From: Chiloscyllium plagiosum
Taxonomy: Eukaryota
NCBI RefSeq assembly: GCF_004010195.1
Contig: NC_057734.1
Coordinates: 44,167,606-44,231,605 of the forward strand
Direction of reading: 5' to 3'
DNA: 64,000 nt
Numbering within the stretch: position 1 is the stretch's first letter; the number at the start of each line of letters is the position of its first letter. Made by a program: the position numbers and the translations under genes. Below, piece by piece: positions 26,060 to 38,600 of the stretch. Under the pieces are notes generated by a model that was not told where the DNA came from, ran no database searches, and saw only the letters and a list, made by a program, of their open reading frames with translations.

Positions 26060-27140
26060 ACAGGGCGAACTAGCCATTTGGATATAGAACTGGTTTGAAG
26101 GTGGAAGGCAGAGGGTTGTAGTTCAGGGTTGTTATTTCAGACTGGAGGCCTGTGACCAGTGGGGTTCCATAAGGATCGATGCTGGGTCCACTGCTTTTTG
26201 TAATTTATATAAATGATTTAGATGTGAACATAGGAGATATAATTAGTAATTTGCAGATGACACCAAAATGAGAGGTGTAGTGGACAGCCAAGAAGGTTAC
26301 CTGAGAGTACAACTGGAACTTGATCAAATGGGCTAATGGGCTGAGCAGTGACAAATATATTTAATTTAGATAAATGTGAGATGCCACATTTTGGAAAGGC
26401 AAATCAGAGCAGGACTTATACCCTTAATGGCAAAGTCCTGGGTAGTGTCGCTGAACAAAAAAGATGTTGGAGTGCAGGTTCTTTGAAAGTGAATTCGCAG
26501 TTAGATAACATAGTGAAGAAGGCCTTTGGTATGCTTTTCTTTATTGGACAGATCATTGTGTGTAGGATTTGGGAGGTAATGTTGTGGCAATAAAGGACAT
26601 TGGTTAGGTCATTTTTGGAATTTTGCGTGCAATTCTGATCTCCCTTCTATCGGAAGGATGTGAAACTTGAAAGGGTTTAGAAAAGATTTACAAGGACGTT
26701 GCTAGGATTGGAGGATTTCACGTGCAGGGAGATGCTGAATAGGCTGGGGCTGTTTTCTTGGAGCGCAGGAGGCTGAAGTTTATAAAATCATGAGTGGCAT
26801 GGATAGGATAAATAGACAAGGTCTTTTCCTTGGGTGGAGGAACCCAGAACTAGAGGGCAGAGGTTTAGGGTGAGAGGGGAAAAAATTATAAGGGACCCAA
26901 GAAGTAGGTGTTTCATGTAGAGCGTGGTGCATGCATGGGCTGAGGTACCAGAGAAATTGGTGGAGGGTGGTACAATTACAACATTTACAAGGCATCTGGA
27001 TGGGTATGTGAATAGGAAGGGCTTAGAGGGTTATGGGCCAAGTGCTGGCAAATTGGACAATATTAGGTTAGGATATCAGGTCATTATGGACAAGTTGGAC
27101 CGAAGGTCTGTTTCCGTGCTGTACATCCCGATGACTCTCT
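26060..27140 (+). mobile_element. CR1 LINE 3' fragment
   Basis: Decayed RT C-terminus and CR1 3' UTR ending ..ATGACTCT. Confidence 0.85.
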
Positions 27141-27574
27141 CAATCTATTTGCCTTATAGTGAAATAATCTGTAGTCTTGGGTGTCCTCAAAGATCGTCCA
27201 TCCGGTTCACCACGCTGCTCCAGCCTTGTGACTGTACATTAGTCAGAAGGAAAGAGGTCAGCAGCGAACACAGCCTCTGCTCCCCTGCACATCTGCTGTC
27301 CCTCGCCTCACTTTTATTTACCCGTGACTAGCTATTGCCGCCTATACTTCTCCCTGTGATCCCTTCATACTCCGGCTCTCTCCACGTTTTCTCTCTTTAT
27401 GTTTCTCTCTCTCTCTCAGGGTTCCTAACAAGCACAAAGAGTGAAAAGCAGACAGTTCCATATCATTGACATCAACGAGGTAAAAACAATGACTGCAGAT
27501 GCTGGAAACCAGATTCTGGATCAGTGGTGCTGGAAGAGCACAGCAATTCAGGCAGCATCCGACGAGCAGCAAAA

Positions 27575-27606
27575 TCGACGTTTCGGGCAAAAGCCCTTCA
27601 TCAGGA
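27575..27606 (-). ncRNA. Minimal type I hammerhead ribozyme motif (Penelope-associated)
   Basis: TC-CTGATGA-A-GGGC(TTTT)GCCC-GAA-ACGT-C-GA, with a GUC cleavage triplet. Confidence 0.7.
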
Positions 27607-27689
27607 ATAAAGGCAGAGAGTCTGAAGCGTGGAGAGATAAGCTAGAGGAGGGTGAGGGTGGAGCTAGGCAGGTCGGACAAGTCCGGACA

Positions 27690-27829
27690 NNNNNNNNNNN
27701 NNNNNNNNNNNNNNNNNNNNNNNNNNNNNNNNNNNNNNNNNNNNNNNNNNNNNNNNNNNNNNNNNNNNNNNNNNNNNNNNNNNNNNNNNNNNNNNNNNNN
27801 NNNNNNNNNNNNNNNNNNNNNNNNNNNNN
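27690..27829. other. Assembly gap (140 N)
   Basis: Run of N. Confidence 0.99.
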
Positions 27830-30800
27830 TAAAGCGCTCTGCTAGGAGGCGTCCAGTCTCCCCAGTGTAGAGGAGACCGCATCGGGAGGAACGGATACAA
27901 TAAATGATATTAGTTGATGTGCAGGTAAAACTTTGATGGATGTGGAAGGCTCCTTTAGGGCCTTGGATAGAAGTGAGGGAGGAGGTGTGGGCACAGGTTT
28001 TACAGTTCCTGCGGTGGCAGGGGATATTTGTCTTTCAACACACAGTACCCCGAGTATCAGACAGTTCGACAGCCCAGATTCAAGGTAATTTGCGAAAAGA
28101 AAACAACAGTGTAGAGAAGGAGGAAAAATAAGGGGCGATTATTTTTCTACGATTGCAAATATAGTGGCTAACAGATGGTGAAGGAGCACTTGATAATAAC
28201 TTAGAAAGGACAATAGCCAAATACCTGAACGCAGGGGATATGGGAGGAAATCGATAGAGAGGAGCCCGGGTTCTAACTGAATAGTTCTTTCACAGAACAG
28301 AGACATGGAAGATGATTGAATTGAGCTTCGTCTGTCCAGAATGACTGCATGATCAAATGTCCCTATGAGAAAGTAGTTTTTATTTTCTTTTTGAGTGCAA
28401 TATTATTAATCTGTTGGAAAAAGATACCATTAGTTACTTATAAAACTTTGCAAATGATAACAGAAATTACTTTCAATGATGACATGTCATGACTGTGCAA
28501 TGATAATGCAATAAATATTGCAAAGACGGTTAACGTGGCAAATTTAAATGGACACATTAATGCAGAATGTCGCCGTCAGAAGGCTCGCCACCCATGCTGA
28601 TCAACTGTCGCCAGAAACATAAACCTGCTGGTGTGCTACTTCGGCATTAATCAGAATGCGAGCCATTTTGAATTCCATTAACACTTGGTCAACACAAGAA
28701 AACCTCCCATAGGTGTAGTCTTTCAAAGCTTCTGAGAAAAGTCCTGAGAAGACCGAAAAGACATGCAGTAAGTGTCAGTATCTTTTCCTTTACTCTCTGG
28801 ATCAAGGATTCATTAAAGTTAACATAGCATCCATCTTAAATTTCGATCTGTATCAGACAGATACAGATTTTAGTTAGACCTCCAAGAAGAACTGTGAGAG
28901 ACACCATCCGGGAGACACCATTAGGGAGAGAACTGGATCTCATCAGGGAATCGAAAAAAGGAAATCCAATGAAAGGATTGTTGTACTGAATCAGGCTACT
29001 AAAGGTCACAATGTGCAATGCCAGAAAGCAAGATCAAGGAGCCTGCATTCGGTCCCAAAAATTGTTCTGCTCAGTGCATCAATGGGAGAAGCTTCCGATT
29101 ATTCAACTACAGAAGTCATTGCGTTTGGTGACTTCACTTTTCAAAACTGTTCACCTCAGAAAGAACAATCTTCAACCGGGAACATATCTGATCACAGTTT
29201 TACACCTTCGAACTGAACAGAAACCCGTTACTTGGAAACCACTGAATCTCTATTATGCAATAATATCACAATAGCACCGTCAAAGTACCTGTATTGGAAA
29301 CCACGTGGCCCTCACCCAAAATTGGCCTTACTTTTATCTTATAAGTATCTCCTGAGCTGTACATACTTTTATACCATTGTACCAGAATTTTGTCAATAAC
29401 TATTACACTTTACTAACTAACTCCAAGCAACAGTTTGCTAATAACGTGATCATTGTCTTGTTTGGATTTAAAGCTTTGCTGCTATTCGTTATTTTATAAT
29501 TGAAATATCAGAAGAAAGTAATTAGGATTGAACGAACTGCACAAACTTGTAGGTCACCGAACACGCTGCAGACATGCCTATTGTGGTCATTATTGATGGA
29601 ATCGTTCATTCTTCCTCTTCTGCATGCCTTTTAGTTGGACAATGGAAATGTTGTGTCTTTCAATTGTTCGTAGACATTATATTTGTGTCATAAAGTATTG
29701 TGGGGTTATCGAAATAATAAGAGTTCGAATTAGTCAATTCAGAGTTTTATTGGGCCCATTCTATAGAAGAATCCACCTGGTCACTTTCCCCCAACCTCTT
29801 CCCCTTGCCCTGCAATTTTCTGACTCGCTGGTGCATAGCTAAATTTCTTTGAAGGTATTGACTGTTCTCATTCCCATCCCTCCAGTGGCATGATCACTTG
29901 CACAAAGAAAAACCCTCTTTAATCACATCTTCGCTTTAGATCTTACCACAACCTCTAAAGTTGTGTCCTCTACCTTTTGTATCATCAATTAACTGCAACA
30001 ATAATCATTTGTCTACTTTGTCTAAAATTAATATTTTCCTGTACATTATCTTGTACAATTCGCATCTCTTCCCAGTTTCTGAACTCGATGAAACCCAATA
30101 ATCCGTCTGTTTTTCGGGGATGGGCACCCATTGCCGGCAGTGCCACCGAGGTCTAAATCCCACAAGCAATAAAACATACCTTAACATGACCCTAATATTA
30201 AACCGCCAGGGGGCAGATCTGGGAATTCTGAGGCGGCCCGGAAGAGCTGGCAGTGCACATCAACGTCACAAGCTATTTCCAACAGGTTTACTCCCTAACT
30301 GTAGACTTGCAGAGAATTATAACCTTTTCATACTTTAACCACGGCTTTACAAGAAACTATCAAATCGAGCAAGCGATTGGTATTGTCAATTGAAGCTTGT
30401 GAAGAATGAGGCAGAGACATGAAACTCTGACAGCTCGGTCTCAACACATGATATTCCATTGGGTGATATTTCGTGGTTGCTATCACGGGAATTTTTGCTT
30501 GTAAAAATAGAGAAGTCGGAATGAACTTACATTAGTATAGCGCCGATCACGGCCTTGGAACATCCGGGGGCACTTTACGGTTGCATCCTGTTTGGAAGGA
30601 AAGCCACGATGGTGACGGAAGAAACATGGAAGCTTTTGTTTCTCCCTCAGCAAGGCTCCTCAAACACAGATGATCAGTTAAGTTGTCCGAAGGGATTTTG
30701 GGAAGCTGTCAGTCCTTCCCCTCCATCAACCCTGTCTCAATGATATTAATTATATCATACCCCCTAATATTAATCAATACCCTCAACTCTCCTGCATAAC

Positions 30801-30899
30801 TCACAAGTCCCCTTACATTAAAAAATATCAACCTTTGCCATGCTTTCTTGTGCCTTCACTTGAGTATATATGATTTTCTTTCCAGACTGATTTATTTCA

Positions 30900-32082
30900 T
30901 ACAACATAGAACATTATAGCAGTACAGACCCTTCAGCCCTCAATGTTGCACTGCCCTGTACAATCAATCTGAAACCCATCTAGCCTACACCATTCCATTC
31001 GCATCCATATGCTTATCCAATGACCATTTAAGTGCCCTTAATGTTGGCAAGTGGCTTCCATGCCCCTACTACACTTTGAGTAAAGAAACTACCTCTGACA
31101 TCTGTCCTATATCTATCATCCTTCAATTTGAAGCTATGCTCCATTGTGCTAACCATCACCATCCTAGGAAAAAGGCTGTCTCGGTCCACTCGTTCTAACC
31201 CTCTGATTATCTTACATGTTTCAATTAAGTCATCTTTCAACCCACTTCTCTCTAACAAAAACAACCTCAAGTCCCTCAAACTTTCTTCATAAGATTTTCC
31301 CTCCATTCCAGGCAACATCCTCGTACATCTCCTCTGAACCCTTTCCAAAGCTTCCACATCCTTCCTATAATGCGGTGACCAGAATTACATGCACTACGCC
31401 AAGTGCGGCCGCACCAGAGTTATATACAGTTGCAACATTACCTCATGGTACCGAAACTTGATCCCTCTACTGATAAAAGTTAACACACCGTATGCCTTCT
31501 TAACAGGTCTATCAACCTGGTGGCAACTTTGTGGGATCTATGTACATGGAACACCGAGATCTCTCTGCCCATCTACACTACCAAGAATCTTACCATTCAC
31601 CCAGTACTCTGCATTCCTGTTGCTCCTCCCAAAGTGAATCACTTCACACTTTTCTGCATTAAACTCCATTTGCCATCTTTCAGCCCAGTTCTGCAGCTTA
31701 TGAATGTCCCTCTGTAACCTGCAGATCATTCAGCACTATCCACTACTGCAATGACCTTGGTGTCATTCGCAAATTTACGAATCTATCCTCCTACACCCTC
31801 ATCCAGGTCGTTTATAAAAATGACAAATTGCAGTGGACCCAAAACAGACCCTTGCCATACACCATTACTAACTGAACATCAGGATGAACATTTCCCATCA
31901 CCCACCTCCCTCTGTCTTCTTTCAGCTAGCCAATTTCTGATCCAATCTACTAAATCGCCCTCAATCTCATGCCTCCGTATTTTGTGCAGTAGTCTACCAT
32001 GGGGAACCTTATCAAATGCTTTACTGAAATCTACATAAATCACATCAGCGGCTTTACCCTCATCCACCTGTTTGGTCACCTT
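30900..32082 (-). mobile_element. CR1 LINE 3' fragment
   Basis: YVDFSKAFDKVPHGRLL, NWAERWQMEFNAEKC and LERVQRR motifs. Confidence 0.88.
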
Positions 32083-32689
32083 CTTTCTTTCAATATTTGT
32101 CTGTACATCACCCCTTATTGTACTCAGTATCCCAGCCCCACTCAAATAAGTTTAAATCGTCACCAACAGCACTAGAAACGCCCCTGTAAAGCTGATGGTC
32201 CCGTTTGAATCAAGTCTAACACATCATATTGTTCAAGTCTCACCTTCTTGAGAAAAGAAGCCAGTGAGCCAGCATTCAAAAGCATTCCCTCCCGGCCCAA
32301 CTCTTAAGCTACACATTTGTCCACTTTGTCTGGTTATTCCTTTCCATGATGTCGGCAGTAATCCAGAAATTATAAGCTTGAAAATTTCTGCTTTTCAATA
32401 TGCTACCTCGATCCTTAACGTCTTGCTGCAATGTCTCATCCTGCTTTATTCCCATGAGGTTGGTAATAATGTGAACTATGTCCACTGACTCTTTCCTACC
32501 TGCACCCAACGTTCAGACTGCCATGCACCCTTCCAGTGGATCTCCTTTAAACACTTTGAAGTGCAAGCAGAAGTGGACACAATAATCTATCTGTGGCCTA
32601 ATCAATGCTTTCTACAGCTACAACATAACGTCCCTGCTCTTATAGTCTATGCCATGACTGATAAAGGCAAGTGCCTGGGTGCCTTCTTT

Positions 32690-35600
32690 CTTATAGATAC
32701 ATTTATGGAAATAAAAAGATTATTTTAGAAAATTGCAAAATTACAACAGCAATAAACCAACAAAAACACGATTCTTTTTATATAAAACAAAAAAAAAGCA
32801 ACAAGGAACAGCAACGCCAACAAAACACAACAGTACTCATGTACAAGATGAACAAATCAGTGAAGGCAATAAATAAACAAATAAACAAACAAATAAATAA
32901 AACAGCTCAGCACAACAAAACATTAGCTCCTGATCTTCAAGAGCATTGATTATTACACATTAATCTATTCAAAATTCTTCATTCGAGGGCATCAAGTTCA
33001 TTCAATCAGATTGTCATGGCTGCACATAAGCCTTAGTTAAGATGGCAGTTAAATCTACACCCAGGTTGTCCAAATATAGCCGACGTATCTTATAAAGATT
33101 TTCAGTTTTTCGGTGTACCATATTCATAAGGATGTCCTACGCCAACCCGACAGACCCAGGGGGTTCTCACAAAATGTGAGAATATTAAAAAGTTTTTTCC
33201 CATGAGCATTCAAGGAAGATAAATTGGGTAGGCCCAGGAGAACAGAGATAAGATCCCTCTTAACTTCAATTCCCAAGACCCTCTCCATTTTTCCTACCAC
33301 AGCACACCAATATGTATGGACCCTGCAGCAAGACCACAGACAATGAGTGAGAGTAATGGTACTTATTTTACATTGAGGACATAATGAAGATACTCCCACC
33401 TTAAATCTTGCGAGGCAGTTTGGGGCCAAATGGGCCCTATACAGAATCTTTAGCTGCATGGCCTGGGTCCTATTACAGATCAAAATCTTTCTCTCATTTT
33501 CGTAAGTGTCCTTCCATGTCTCCGTAGAGATCTCAACCCCTAGCTCTCTCTCCCACACCCCACAAAGCCGATCGACGCCTTCTGAAAGAACACCCCCCTC
33601 CACATGCACACACATATGATAAAGATTACTTTTAGCATGATACACCCTTTTCTCCGTGACAGATCTGCAGGAGTCAGTCAAAAGTGTGGTCCCTTATGGA
33701 ATAAAATCCCTGACCTGAAAAGAATGATACAGGTCTCTGCTAGCTTAACCATACATAGGGGTTATGTAATCAAAGAACATAATTATTTCACCTTCAAGTA
33801 AATCACCAAAACAAGAGATTCCCCTAGCTGCCCAAGGCTTAAACCCAGGGTCCATTATCCACAGCCGAAAGCCCAGCGTACAACTATAGGGGTAAGAAAA
33901 GACATTTTGGATTTGTTACCCTCACTCAGCGGCATTGCCCTCCATGCTTTGAACGTAGTAATAATGATCAAATTACAACAATATTTCGTATCTGTCTTCA
34001 TTTTATCTAAGAACAACTGGCTAATGAGGGGACATTTTACCTGGGGGGGGCTCAATATCGAGCCACGTTGTAGCCGGCCCTCACAATCCCAGTCACAAAC
34101 AAAAGATAAAAGGAAACTTAGTTCATATCTTTTAATATCCGGGAGGTCCACTTTCCCCCAACCCCTGGAGCAACTGCAATTTAGCCAGCTTGATAAGAGG
34201 TTACCATCGGCGCCAAATAAAGGAACTAAACCAACCATTAAGTCTCTGGAATGTTTGCCTAAGAAAAATTAAGGGGAGCATTCGTATAGGGTATAACAAA
34301 CGGGGAAGGACATTCATTTTAAGAAAAGTTATTTGGCTGAGCCAGGATATTGGAAATGTCTCCCACTGCTGAAGATCTTCCTTAATTCTGTCAAGCAAGT
34401 GGGCAAAATTGGTCTTAAGCAACTGATCAAAGGCAGGAGTAACAAGGATGCCTAAATAAAGAAAACCCCCTGTGACAATTTTGAGAAATTAATCTTAAAA
34501 CCCGGAAAGGAGCAAGATGAATTGATACATTGTATCAAATAGGGTACCAAGACCACTGGATTTGACAAAAAGACAAGAACATCATTTGCGTATAACGTGA
34601 TCTTATGCGATTTTGATCCAACTTCCGGGGCATCTATATTAGGATCCTTGTGGATAGCTAATAGCTCAATCACCAATGTAAAAAGTAATGGTGAGAGGGG
34701 ACAGCCTTGCTGACTGACTGTCCCTACAGATCCCTACAATTACTAGATCTCAAACCTTGGTGAGAAGTGCCACCAGAGGATCACTACAGAGGACTCTCAG
34801 CTACCTAATAAAAGCCTCTCCTAAACCAAATTGTTCAAGGGTATAAAAAGATATGGTGACTTGACCTGATCAAAAGTCTTTTCTGCATCCAAGGAAACCA
34901 CTAATCCCTGAACTGCTGCTGGCACGCTTGAATCATATTCAGTAACCTCCTGACATTATTGGAGGATCTATGGCCTTTTATAAAACGGGTCTGGTCGTCT
35001 TTTTGTTTAAAGATATTTTTATTGAAAAATAGATTCTTAAAATTTTACAATAAATACAAAACAATACAATTCAAACAATACAAAGAAAGAACACCAAAAA
35101 ATGTAAAATACCCAAATTGTTCTGATGTACAAATGTATAAATATGCATATTTTAAAAAAAAACCAACTACCTAGCTAAATAGATAATAACTAACAACAAA
35201 CCAATAAATGATAATAATACAGCTCAGCCAAACAAAACACTAACTCCCGAAAATCGAGAACATTAATTTTCACATATTCATATGTTCGCAGCTCCCCCTC
35301 TCTGGATATTGAACTCATAAAGCACAATCATTACAGCTATATAGAAGCCCTTATTAGTCTGGCAGACAAATTTGTATCCAGGTATTCCAATAAGGGCCGC
35401 TATGCCTTATGAAAATTCTCAGTTTTGTGGTGTACCATACTTGTGAGAAAAATCGAAGGGGATATACTCCATAACAATCTTCCGCCAATCCAACAGGCCT
35501 GGGAAATTTTCAGATACCCAACCTATCAAAATATTCTTTCTTGCGCAGGAAATGAGGATGTTGAAAGTTTTTTTTCTTTTGTGCATCTACATGGAACGCA

Positions 35601-38600
35601 CTGGGCAGCCCAAGAAGAAGAGAGGTCGAGTCCTTCTCCACCCTTACACTCAGAATCCCCTCCGTTGCACCAGCCACAGTGCTCCAGTATCTTTGAGGCC
35701 TACCACAGGGCCAAAGACAATGGGCAAGAGTGCCCGTGCCAACTTTACGTTTGGGACAGGATTAAGTTTTGGCAAGCGATCCAGAGCCAAGTGGACCTTG
35801 TGGAGAATCTTCAACTGTAAAGCATGGGTCCTATTGCAAATTGATATCTTCCTTGCATTTTCACAAATATCTTCCCATGCCTCTGAGGACACCTCAACAC
35901 CTAATTCTGTCTCCCACACCCTGCAGAGTCTGACTGGCTGCCCTGCGAATTGATGATATAAAGTGCCGACAGAAAGTGTACTCTTCGCACTGAGCACCCT
36001 CCTCTCTATGTTGGATTTGTAGGGATCAATCAAAAGTGTAGCCTTTTTAAAAAATAATATCCCTAACTTGAAAAAAAAGGAAGAAGTCCCTGTTAAATAA
36101 CTCGTATTGCTGTTGCAACTGATCAAAGGACATCATTATGTCTCCCTCAAATAAATCACCCATACACGACACACCCCTAGCTGCCCAATGTTTGAATCCT
36201 GAATCCATCAATCCCGGTTGAAAATCCGGCATACCCATTATAGGTATAAAAAAAAGATATTTTGCCAATATTGCCTTCACTCTGCTGAATTGCCCTCCAT
36301 GCTTAATAGTATTGATAACTATTGGGAGATGGCAATGTTTCTTAACTGTCCTCATTTTGTCCAAAAACAGCAAAATAGTAAGGAGCACCTTGCTTGAGAG
36401 GTTTCTATATCTAACAATATTGAAAGAGAGTCCCCACAAGCCCAATCACTCACCTAAGATAAAAGCGAGCTTAATTGATAGTTTTTAATGTCTGGGTGAT
36501 CTACTTCCCCCAGTCTGTGAGGCAATTACAGTTTAGTGAATTTAATAAGGGGCCACTTACGCTGCCAAATAAACATTTGCTTATTGAAAATCATGGGAAG
36601 CATCTCTACTGGGTACAACAGATGGGGAAGAATATTCATCTCAATAAACACTATCTGACCTAAACATAAGACTGAAAGCACTTCCCATCTTTGAAGGTCT
36701 TGTTTGATTTTGTTGACTAACTGAACAAAATTAGTTTTAAACAACCGATCAAGGACTGGAGTAAGAAATATGCCCAATTACATTTAAAAATCCACTTAAA
36801 TGGGAATCAAGATTCGTCCTCAAGACCTAGCCTATCTCGCCAGGAAAGGTATGCCCCTCAATCCATAAAGTCGATTAGGGAAGGGTCTGGAAACCTTACA
36901 TGTGATTCCAAAAAGATTAATGTGACATTCCAGAGATTTTACTCTGAATTATACCAATCTGAGGGTTGGGAAGAGGGGTGGGCCCAGATAGAGTCCTTTT
37001 TCAAAGATTTGGAGCTTCTGGGTGTGATCCCCGAACAAGAGTCTTTTCGCAATTGGCTTCTTTTAGAGATGGTGGGAGACAATCATACTCTACAAGTTAT
37101 TGAACGTGTTGAGCACTGGGGCCTGACAATATGTTTATAAATCCTTATAGAATTCTCTGGGAGGTCCATCAGGACCAAATGTCTTTCCACTCTGAAGCTG
37201 CTTCACAGTCTCTTGCAGCGCTGCTCCAAAAAGGGGCATTGGGAAAAAACTCTTGTTCGGGGGTCAGACCCGGGAGTTCCAGATCCTTGAAAAAGAACAC
37301 CCCTCTTCACAACCCTCAGATTGGTATAATTCAACATAAGATCTCTGGAATGCCACTTTCATCTTTTTGGAACCACATTAGGTTCCCAGATCTTCCCCTA
37401 GTCGACATGATGGCTTGAGGGGCACTCCTTTTCCTGGTGAGCTATGCTAGGTACTTGCCCGGCTTGTCATCATGCTCACATACCCTTGGTTTTGCGAAAG
37501 TAACCTCCTTCTTTGCTGTCTGCATGAGGATGGAATTCAATGCTGACCACAGCGCCGTAATCCTCTATAGCTTGGCCAATGAGGGTCTGTCAAAGTAAGT
37601 CATCTTTGCTGCCTTCAACTATGCTTTGAGGAGATGTTGCTGCTCGCCCTTCTGCCGCTTCTTAACTAACCCCCTGGCAGAGCCTTTGGCAGTTTCCCAA
37701 AGGATGGACGGGCTATTAACTGAGCCTGAGTTAATGTCTAGGAATGCCCTAAATTCCTTAGAAAATTATCATTCTTAAGGATAAAGGGATCCATTCGCCA
37801 GTGCCACGGGCCGACTATAGTGTCCTCAATCTTAACTAACAGGTACACTGGAGCGTGATTGGAGATGGTTATATTGCCAATCGTATGAGATGCCACTAAA
37901 TCCAGCGTTGCCATGGAGGGATCGGAAAAAAAATCAATCCTGTGACATCTGTGTGGATTGGGAAAAAAAAGTAATCCCTGCCTGTACAGCGGAGATGTCT
38001 CCAGATGTTCACCAAACCTAACTCCACACACAGATCGATTAATTGTTTAGTTTGTACAGACAGCAACGGAGGCCTTTGTGTGACCTGTCTACCCATGGGA
38101 TCCATGAGACAATTAAAATATCCCCCTATAATGATATACCGGGACTCAGTTTATATAATGCATCTACCAAGAATTTGATGGGATGGGCCAGAGGGCAGTA
38201 AACATTTAAAACACTATATTATTCCCCGTTTATCAGGGCTTTGAGATTACAAACCTCCTATGTGTGTCTTTTACGCACTCTCATAACTTAAATGGGAGAG
38301 TCCTCATAACCAATGTAGCCACTCCCCTACTTCTGGTATTAAAAGATGAAAAGTAAACCTGATCAAAGCCATTCTGCTGTAGTTTCAAATGTTCCCTATC
38401 ATCCAATTCTGTCTCCAGTAATAAAGCAATATCCACCTATTCCTTTTTAAGACTCAAAAGTACCTTCTTCACCTTAATTGGTGAGTGACTCCCCTTGATG
38501 TTCCAGGTACACCATTTAATCAAATCATTTGCCATGACCTTCTGCAGTAACATTTAGATTTCAGAGAGGAGGAATTCAAATTACAAATTGCCGAACCTTA

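Larger units (their letters stand above)
27478..28023 (-). mobile_element. Penelope-like element 3' part: GIY-YIG endonuclease fragment plus terminal region with hammerhead (140-N gap inside)
   Basis: 27831-28022 translates PCHRRNCKTCAH..FTCTSTNIIYCIRSSRCGLLYTGETGRLLAERF. Terminal region has CTGATGAAGGGCTTTTGCCCGAAACGTC. Confidence 0.85.
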
